From positions 510,001-542,000 of the forward strand of contig NZ_RSDW01000001.1 in NCBI RefSeq assembly GCF_003945235.1: DNA of 32,000 bases, in the 5' to 3' direction. Position 1 is the first letter of the stretch; each line of letters starts with the position of its first letter. Under the pieces are notes generated by a model. That model searched no databases. It saw only the letters and a program-made list of their open reading frames with translations, and was not told where the DNA came from. Below are positions 9,178 to 15,944 of the stretch, in pieces. Origin of the DNA: Edaphobacter aggregans (GTDB lineage: Bacteria; Acidobacteriota; Terriglobia; Terriglobales; Acidobacteriaceae). The translations under genes were made by a program, and so were the position numbers.

Positions 9178-10775
9178 CACGACGCGACTGTCCGGCGATG
9201 ACTTTTTCAACGGCTGTTCGCCGTTGCGTCTGGTCGATTATCGTGATCTGTACGGGGCTGCTGACGGGTTGTCGCCAGAGAGTCGAAGAGGCTGGTTCTG
9301 TGGTGATGATCATCGAGAGTAGTCCAAACAATCTCGATCTTCGTCAAGGGACAGATGCACAGAGCGAGCGTGTGGGTGGGCTGATCTTCGATGCTTTGGT
9401 GAAGAAGAACGAGCACTTCAATTTGCAGCCGTGGCTAGCGACGAGTTGGGAGCAGCCCGATGCTCTCACGTGGATATTCCATCTGCGCGGTGGGGTGCGC
9501 TTTCATGATGGGCGGCCGCTTGAGGCCGAGGACGTCGCCTGGACGATACGTAGCATGGTCGATGGCACGTTGATTACGGCTAAGGGCGGCGCCTTTGCTG
9601 CGGTCGATCGAGTGGAAGTTCGTGACAGGCTGACGGTAGTCGTGCGATTGAAGCGTCCGGTTGCTGGACTTCTGTTCAACATGAGCGATGGGCTGTTCGG
9701 CGTTGTGCCACGTGGGGCGGGCCGGGACTTTGGTTTGCATCCGGTGGGTAGCGGGCCGTTTCGATTTGTGAGCGCGGTGCAAGATAAGGAGGTCATCGTC
9801 GACCGGAACGAGAACTACTGGGCAGAGAACGCGGGAGCTCCGGCTGGAGCCAGCAGGATCAGGCACATACGCTTCGCGGTGGTTCCGGATGCCATCACGA
9901 GTGCGCTTGAGTTGAAGAAGGGCTCGGCTGATCTTGCGAGCAACGTCGTGACGCTCGACATGGTGCACACGCTTGCGCAGGAACCTAATCTGGAGGTCAA
10001 GAGCAGCGCTGGAGCGCCGATCATTTATACGAACTTCAATGTTAATGATCCGGCTCTGAAGGACAGGCGGGTGAGGCAGGCTATTGCGTGTGCGATGGAC
10101 CGGCAGGCGATTGTGGATGCAATCTGGCGCGGACAAGCGCGGCTGGCTAACACGCTGCTGCCCATTGGGCATTGGGCTGCGGCGAGTGATGGTGAGATGG
10201 CTCAGTATCCGCACGATATTGCGCGTGCGCAGCAGTTGCTTGATCAGGCTGGCTTTCATGCGAACAAGGATGGCATCAGGTTGCGGATTACATTGAAGAC
10301 TTCAACCGATGAGACGACTCGGTTGATGGCGGCGGTGCTTCAACAACAGCTTCGGGCGACGGGGATCCAGCTCGATATCCGCTCCGCTGAGTTTGGGACT
10401 TTCTATGCAGATGTGACGCGGGGTGCGTTCCAGATGTATGCGCTGCGATGGATTGGAAGCAACGAAGATCCGGATATCTTCCGCTACGCGTATGGATCGG
10501 ATGCGTTTCCCCCCAAGGGTGGTAATCGCGGCAGATACTCGAATCCACATATTGATGCGTTGATGGCGGCTGCAGCGATCGAAACTGATCAGCAACGGAG
10601 GCGTGCAGATTATGTCGAGGTACAGAAGATACTGGCTGATGACCTGCCGGGGATTCCACTCTGGTATCCGAATAATCAGGTGATTCATACGCGCCGGATT
10701 GAAGGTGTTAAACCGGACGCGTCGGGGACCTTCGATTTTCTGCGGAGTGCCTGGATACAGATTTCGTCCCACTGA
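9174..10775 (+). CDS. ABC-transporter solute-binding protein, family 5 (Opp/Dpp/MppA-like), probable lipoprotein
   Basis: ATG at 9174 overlaps the anmK stop (ATGA at 9174..9177). The N-terminus MTRRDCPAMTFSTAVRRCVWSIIVICTGLLTGC ends in a lipobox-like LTGC. The body matches the SBP_bac_5 pattern (ATSWEQPDALTWIFHLRGGVRFHDGRPLEAEDV, GSGPFRF). No permease or ATPase genes are adjacent. Confidence 0.85.
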   Translation: MTRRDCPAMTFSTAVRRCVWSIIVICTGLLTGCRQRVEEAGSVVMIIESSPNNLDLRQGTDAQSERVGGLIFDALVKKNEHFNLQPWLATSWEQPDALTWIFHLRGGVRFHDGRPLEAEDVAWTIRSMVDGTLITAKGGAFAAVDRVEVRDRLTVVVRLKRPVAGLLFNMSDGLFGVVPRGAGRDFGLHPVGSGPFRFVSAVQDKEVIVDRNENYWAENAGAPAGASRIRHIRFAVVPDAITSALELKKGSADLASNVVTLDMVHTLAQEPNLEVKSSAGAPIIYTNFNVNDPALKDRRVRQAIACAMDRQAIVDAIWRGQARLANTLLPIGHWAAASDGEMAQYPHDIARAQQLLDQAGFHANKDGIRLRITLKTSTDETTRLMAAVLQQQLRATGIQLDIRSAEFGTFYADVTRGAFQMYALRWIGSNEDPDIFRYAYGSDAFPPKGGNRGRYSNPHIDALMAAAAIETDQQRRRADYVEVQKILADDLPGIPLWYPNNQVIHTRRIEGVKPDASGTFDFLRSAWIQISSH

Positions 10776-10789
10776 CTTACGTTGCGGCT

Positions 10790-11395
10790 TTATTGCCCGG
10801 GGGGTTGAAGGTTAAGGGTGATCGTTGGCTTGCCGTCGCCGACGTCGCCCATCTGGAGGCCCGCTGTTGAGATGTTCGCGGGTATCACGAAGTCAACATC
10901 GCCTTCTTTCGCGCTGTGTGATGACACGAGTTCATTTAGATCGTTTGCTGGTGACTGCAATGATCCGTCCACCAAGAGGCGAAAAGAGGCTGCCCAAAAA
11001 TTTGCGTCGAAGCGATCGTTGTTCGTCATGCGAACAGTAAGGTGCAAGGAGGCCTTACCTGGCGAGTAGGGATCGAGGCGTGCCAATAACAGTTTGAAGA
11101 CAGCTTGCCCAGACCTTACTTCGGCGTTTTCCGGAAGAGTCAGGGACCGGGAGGCTGAAGTGCCGACTGCAGGGGCTGCCGCTGCGCTTTCCGTTCGGAT
11201 TGGATGTGAGCTGTCTGTGGGATGGGGCTCGCTTCGTGTCTCAGAGACCGGTTGAGGGCTACGGTCAAAGAAGCCTGTCTGATGAACAGCCACGAGAAGT
11301 CCGGTGAGAGCCGTGATGATTCCAGCGGCAGCGGTTAATAGGCCGGGAAGAGTCCGCCACCATCCTTTCGATTCGGACTCCGGGTCTCGACTCAT
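10790..11395 (-). CDS. Hypothetical single-pass membrane protein with an extracytoplasmic beta-sandwich-like C-terminal domain
   Basis: ATG is verified at 11393..11395, with a GGAGA SD 7 nt upstream. It has one TM segment (LPGLLTAAAGIITALTGLLVAV), a Pro/Ser-rich linker and a roughly 110-aa C-terminal domain. That domain resembles DUF4352-type folds, which is a weak, motif-level impression. Confidence 0.65.
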   Translation of the reverse strand: MSRDPESESKGWWRTLPGLLTAAAGIITALTGLLVAVHQTGFFDRSPQPVSETRSEPHPTDSSHPIRTESAAAAPAVGTSASRSLTLPENAEVRSGQAVFKLLLARLDPYSPGKASLHLTVRMTNNDRFDANFWAASFRLLVDGSLQSPANDLNELVSSHSAKEGDVDFVIPANISTAGLQMGDVGDGKPTITLNLQPPGQ

Positions 11396-11597
11396 GCGTT
11401 ATTCTCCGGTGTATTGAGATTGACGATATTGTGTGATCGACACAATCGTCTGGGGACATCATTCTATTTCATTGAATTGTATCGGGAAGTTTTTGGGATA
11501 GATGGAAACGAGTGGTGCAGAGGTTCTATTTCTCTGCCACCACTCGCTCGCCTATTTGTGCGTTGCACTCCGTTCTACTCAACAACAAGTGCCCATG

Positions 11598-14500
11598 CTA
11601 AGGATTAGGCACTGTGTCGTTGGACGGTGTGGTTGTGCTGCTGGTCACGAAATAATAGTCGTTCCAGCCGGTGAGGGACGGAGTTGCGCCTATGTTGGAG
11701 AGCTCCAGGCGCAACGCATCATCGCTATTTTGTGTGTTCGTCCCGGAAACGCTGGTAGTGATCACGTTGTCCGTGCCTTCGGGATTGAGAGCGGAAGTAG
11801 GCCATTGGAAGGCAACCCACTGGGTATAACCACTGAGTCCTGAGCGCTGGACTGCATCGCTATTGAAGCTCGAGGGAGGCGAATAGGAGAGCGAATTGCC
11901 GTTGAGGGTCACCGTCTCCCGGCCTTGCGATGCGGACAGGGCAAGGGAGAGGATTACGTAGGCCTGAGACGAAGCGCCGTTGGGTGTAGCGAAGTGAATC
12001 TGCCAGGGAGGCGTCGGCGTAGTAGTGCCATTGGTGCCCGAGTGCCCAGGTAGCGTATTGACGTATGCGGGGATGCCGATTGTATCGCCGAGACTGGTGC
12101 ATCCGGTGTACTGGTACGCGTCGGTTGTGTCGTCAGATGCAGCGCAAGCGCCGCCATAGAGTCCAGGGTTGAAACCGCCCCAGTGCGCGTAGTTCCATGC
12201 GAGAGGATTGTTGGTCGCGGTATAGCCGGGTCCATCGGTGAGGTTGTAAACCGGGGCTCCGGGAACCGGCGAGTTCGCCCAGTCGGCCCAATAATTCCAG
12301 GCGCCATAGTACTCGCGATCGTCGTAGCCCAGCGGCCCATCAGCGTAATTCTGCGTGTAAGCACCATGCAGGAACTCGTGCGACGAGCGGTCGGGAGTTC
12401 CAATGGTCCCGACGACGGTGCCAAAGTTTTCCGGAACGAACGCTATCGTCGGAAGCGTGTTAGTGTTGCCTGCCGTGACTACGACGTTGTCCTGCCGGTA
12501 TTCGCCCCACTGCCCAAAGTCCCACACCGACAGACGGTAGGTTCCGGGGACAACGTTGGTGAAGGTCCCGCTTCCCGTAGCACTGATATCGATCGTGTAC
12601 TGGTAGCTGAGGGTGCTGTTTTCCTGGTTCGTCTTGTTTTGGCTGAGGACAGCCCACGCCGTTCTGGGAGCTCCTGCGACGCCGTTGACCTGAACCGAAA
12701 CCGAACCGCGAGAGCTAGTGGGAACATAGCCTCTGGACAGCAGCGTTGATTCGTTGTCATAGAAGTGAGTGAAGCTGGCCCCTGCAGCCACGGCATCGTT
12801 AAACATGTCGTCGGGCGTCTGAATGACGCCGCCGTTGATCGAGGAATCGGTGGCCATGCCGAAGTGGTTGATGCGCACATAAAAGGGGCCATAGAGGCGG
12901 CTTCCGGCCGTGCCTGCAGGGATCGATGTGGTCCCAACACCTCCGGTCCTGTAGTGGTTTGAGTTGGGCTCAATGGTAAGGATGTTGCCCGTCAAGTTGA
13001 GGTTCTCTTTCGTCGGCCCATCGATCAGTGTGTCATGGCCGGCAGTGAAGACCACCCACTGGCCATACTTGTTGCCAAAGAGTCCGTGCGCCTGGTGAAT
13101 GTACTCGTAGCTGGAGAAGTCATACTTCACACAATAGTGGCGATGAAATCCCTGCGGGATCTGGCTGGCTGGGTCGGGATACGGGGAGAAGGCATTCTCC
13201 ACTCCTACCTGCGGATGGAGATCGATGGTGTCGCGGCCTGTCACGTCCTGGTCGTTGCGGCCGTTGTCGCCGGAGAAACAATCGTCAGTTGACGGAAGCG
13301 GTGTCGTCACGCCATTCACCATGCTCAGGTCCGCCAGTTTCTGGTAAAAGTTGGTAAATTCGTTGACGTTGCCTCGCCAGATCCACTGCACTTGGCCGCC
13401 AATAGTTCCGGCGGCGTTGTTCACCAGAGTGCCGCTGGAGTTCATAACTTGTGCGGGATGGTTAAGGCTGAAGTAGATGTGAATGCCGGGGTCGTTCGGG
13501 GTCACCACGAAGTGTTCTTCGTATGCAGTCGTGTTCGTGGGGGCAACGCCCGAGGCGGGAAAAGCAACCCACCAGTCGAGATAGGAAGAGGTCAGGGTGT
13601 AGCTGGGAACGGCGGTCACCGTGCTGAAGCCGGACGGGTCCATGTAGAAGCCCTTGGGCTCCTTATTGGCGAAGCTGGCGGGGAGGTTGGGGATGCCGGA
13701 AGGACCAGTCCAGGTACTCGGTATCGTTGTTCCGCCAATTGCGCTCTCTCCGTCCGCCGGGTCGTAGACAACGCCGTTGATAGTAGCGTTGCCAGGGCTG
13801 AAGTCGATGAGTTGGTCTTGAGTTCCTGTAGGTACGATGCTCCAGATGGCGCCAGACGTGGAGTTGTAATCGATCGTCATAGCGCCGTTCTTGATCACCC
13901 AGTCGACAGGGTTAGTCGTATCGATGCTCAGGGTGGACGACGGTCCGCCGACTACATTGACCGTCGAGCAGGTGCTGCTGCTGAAGCTTACCGCACCCGA
14001 GCTGACGCCGCTGACCGAAACGAAGTAGCTTCCGGAAGCAAGAGACGAAGGAATCGTAAACCCGATCTTGTCACTCGTTCCAATAACGGTTTGCACGGTG
14101 GTGACGGTTGCCACTGCAGGCGCTCCTCCGCACGTTGAAGACAACGAAACGGAGGTGCCCGCCGCGGTGACTCCCGATGGAAAGCCCGTGCCGGTCACGC
14201 TCACCACTCCTCCCGTCGCACCGGAACTCGGACTAGTCGTTGCGTTGAGCTTGACCACAGTTTGGGCCTTTGATGTGGCTGGAAGCAGCGACAATGCAAG
14301 GACACCGCCGAGACCAAGCGCGGCCCCCGAAAAGCGACGCTTCACCACGCCGGCACCCATTGCAGTGATCAGGCCGAACACTCCTGTTCCCAACAAAGTC
14401 CAGGTCGCCGGCTCAGGCACAGTAGTCGCATTGATGACGCCTAGATCTCCATCCGACAACCCACCGGGATCGCTGATCGTCGTGCTGAAATTGGAACCTA

Positions 14501-14942
14501 GATACACCACAGTTCCATCGTTCAGTGTCACCTGCGATGAGTCGAAGACCCCTGTCAAGATGGCATCGGTCGCGCCAAAAAGACCGGTTGGTGCACCGCT
14601 CAGGGTCGAGAGTTGTTTTCCGTCGAAAGAGAGACCGTCTCCATCCAGGGTGAAGTAGGAGGAATCGAAGACCTCCGAAACGCCGCTAGCAAAATCAACG
14701 GTCAGACTGAGGCCGGAAAGAGATAAAGGAGTTGAGATTGGAAAGGTTGTATCGGGCAGGGTGGATGCATTGGGACCCGTAAAGTTGACAATATCGAATT
14801 CCGCCACGTTCGTACCGGTGACGTTATAGCTGATGAAGCCAACCGGAATTTGGGTCCCGACTGGAATTTCTGTGGCGTGTGCAAAGAGGGAGAGGGCGAC
14901 TACAAAGGTCGCAGGAACGAAACGTACTAACACTCTGTACAT
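11598..14942 (-). CDS. Composite ORF: signal peptide, small domain and PEP-CTERM signal, then in-frame a second signal peptide, an IPT/TIG-like domain and a PL4-family rhamnogalacturonan-lyase-like enzyme
   Basis: ATG at 14940..14942 has a GGAGAG SD. The PEP-CTERM signal is VPEP (14409..14420), a hydrophobic helix and KRR (14334..14342). The C-terminal roughly 800 aa align by eye with plant and fungal PL4 lyases: LYGPFYVRIN, GTYRLSVWDFG, IGTPDRSSHEF, PPWQIHF, ALRLELS. Possible internal starts for a lyase-only product are ATG 14360 and GTG 14348 or 14345. Confidence 0.8.
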   Translation of the reverse strand: MYRVLVRFVPATFVVALSLFAHATEIPVGTQIPVGFISYNVTGTNVAEFDIVNFTGPNASTLPDTTFPISTPLSLSGLSLTVDFASGVSEVFDSSYFTLDGDGLSFDGKQLSTLSGAPTGLFGATDAILTGVFDSSQVTLNDGTVVYLGSNFSTTISDPGGLSDGDLGVINATTVPEPATWTLLGTGVFGLITAMGAGVVKRRFSGAALGLGGVLALSLLPATSKAQTVVKLNATTSPSSGATGGVVSVTGTGFPSGVTAAGTSVSLSSTCGGAPAVATVTTVQTVIGTSDKIGFTIPSSLASGSYFVSVSGVSSGAVSFSSSTCSTVNVVGGPSSTLSIDTTNPVDWVIKNGAMTIDYNSTSGAIWSIVPTGTQDQLIDFSPGNATINGVVYDPADGESAIGGTTIPSTWTGPSGIPNLPASFANKEPKGFYMDPSGFSTVTAVPSYTLTSSYLDWWVAFPASGVAPTNTTAYEEHFVVTPNDPGIHIYFSLNHPAQVMNSSGTLVNNAAGTIGGQVQWIWRGNVNEFTNFYQKLADLSMVNGVTTPLPSTDDCFSGDNGRNDQDVTGRDTIDLHPQVGVENAFSPYPDPASQIPQGFHRHYCVKYDFSSYEYIHQAHGLFGNKYGQWVVFTAGHDTLIDGPTKENLNLTGNILTIEPNSNHYRTGGVGTTSIPAGTAGSRLYGPFYVRINHFGMATDSSINGGVIQTPDDMFNDAVAAGASFTHFYDNESTLLSRGYVPTSSRGSVSVQVNGVAGAPRTAWAVLSQNKTNQENSTLSYQYTIDISATGSGTFTNVVPGTYRLSVWDFGQWGEYRQDNVVVTAGNTNTLPTIAFVPENFGTVVGTIGTPDRSSHEFLHGAYTQNYADGPLGYDDREYYGAWNYWADWANSPVPGAPVYNLTDGPGYTATNNPLAWNYAHWGGFNPGLYGGACAASDDTTDAYQYTGCTSLGDTIGIPAYVNTLPGHSGTNGTTTPTPPWQIHFATPNGASSQAYVILSLALSASQGRETVTLNGNSLSYSPPSSFNSDAVQRSGLSGYTQWVAFQWPTSALNPEGTDNVITTSVSGTNTQNSDDALRLELSNIGATPSLTGWNDYYFVTSSTTTPSNDTVPNP

Positions 14943-15154
14943 AAAAGCTCTCCAATAGATAAGTTAGTTCTACAATGGTTTGTTGCATTTGAGAAACAAT
15001 TTCCAAATGCCGAATAACGCTAGCAACGTCGCCCAAAAACTGTCAAGAGCAAATTCTGGTGGGAGGTGCGATATCTTCCCGATGGCGTTGTCAGGGATTT
15101 CCTAAGTCTCTTTGTTCCGTCTTTTCAAGTGCTTTTGGACTAGGGAAGATCAGG

Positions 15155-15943
15155 CTATCCGGAAACACTATTCAGCCATCGTTCGAGAAACTCAATTAAC
15201 CCCAGTGGAGGCTTGATCCAGGCTTTGGCGATAGTTTCGCGATAATCAGCTTTCACGAGGACTGACAGGCCATGTCCATTCAGGCTATGAAAAGCATCTT
15301 CATCTGTAAGGTCGTCACCTAAATATGCGGTCGGCACATTCGAGTCCAGTCCCGCAAGTATCGATCTCACCGCATCACCCTTGTCCGGATGTGATACGCG
15401 CAGTTCCAATCCGGCTTCAAATTGAAGCAGTTTAAGTCCTGATCTTTCAGCCAACGCTGCCCAGTCGCGCTGAGTCAGAGCCTGCACTCTCGCTGCCTCG
15501 GCAGGTGACATTCCACGCCAGTGGATAGCAATCCCACCAGGCTTGATCTCTGCGCTGGATAACAGCCCTCGCGCAACGACCCACTCCTCGGCCTCCGCCA
15601 GGGACTCTGCGTTCTCCTCGCTCACCTGAACGCGACTGTAGCTTCCATCGCTCAATTGATGCTCCAGACCATGCGACCCCCATATCTCAAGATTGCTTAT
15701 TGAGCCCAGGAGGGTCCTGAGCTCCGCGATGGGTCGTCCCGAAATGATGATTACGCGCGTCTTGTCAGACTGCACGATTCTTTCCAGGATCGAGATGACC
15801 CCAGGGTAGGGATAGGCGAGGTTCCGGTCCACATGAAACGGTGCCAACGTACCGTCGTAGTCCAGCAGTAAGACCGCTGTCTGCGCTGTCTTGGTCTGTT
15901 GCAGAAACGCAGTGAGCTCAATTGCTGTCTCTTTGTCCTGCAA
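15155..15943 (-). CDS. otsB: Trehalose-6-phosphate phosphatase (HAD superfamily)
   Basis: 262 aa with HAD motif I (LLLDYDGTLAPF) and the later motifs ISGR and GDDLTDEDAF. The only in-frame start upstream of motif I is TTG at 15941..15943. That is 1 nt after the otsA stop (TAG at 15945..15947). Confidence 0.85.
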   Translation of the reverse strand: MQDKETAIELTAFLQQTKTAQTAVLLLDYDGTLAPFHVDRNLAYPYPGVISILERIVQSDKTRVIIISGRPIAELRTLLGSISNLEIWGSHGLEHQLSDGSYSRVQVSEENAESLAEAEEWVVARGLLSSAEIKPGGIAIHWRGMSPAEAARVQALTQRDWAALAERSGLKLLQFEAGLELRVSHPDKGDAVRSILAGLDSNVPTAYLGDDLTDEDAFHSLNGHGLSVLVKADYRETIAKAWIKPPLGLIEFLERWLNSVSG

Positions 15944-15944
15944 G

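Noticed and set aside
15018-15046. A perfect TTGACA (minus strand, 15046..15041) upstream of the PEP-CTERM/lyase ORF, as a possible promoter.
   Set aside because: The best -10 candidate at 17-18 nt spacing (CTAGCG or TAGCGT) is poor, and there is no supporting evidence. I did not list it as a feature.
15069-15154. ATCTTCCC/GGGAAGAT 8-bp inverted repeat downstream of otsB, as a possible terminator.
   Set aside because: The arms are separated by about 55 nt, there is no obvious nested pairing and there is no T-run. It is not a convincing intrinsic terminator.
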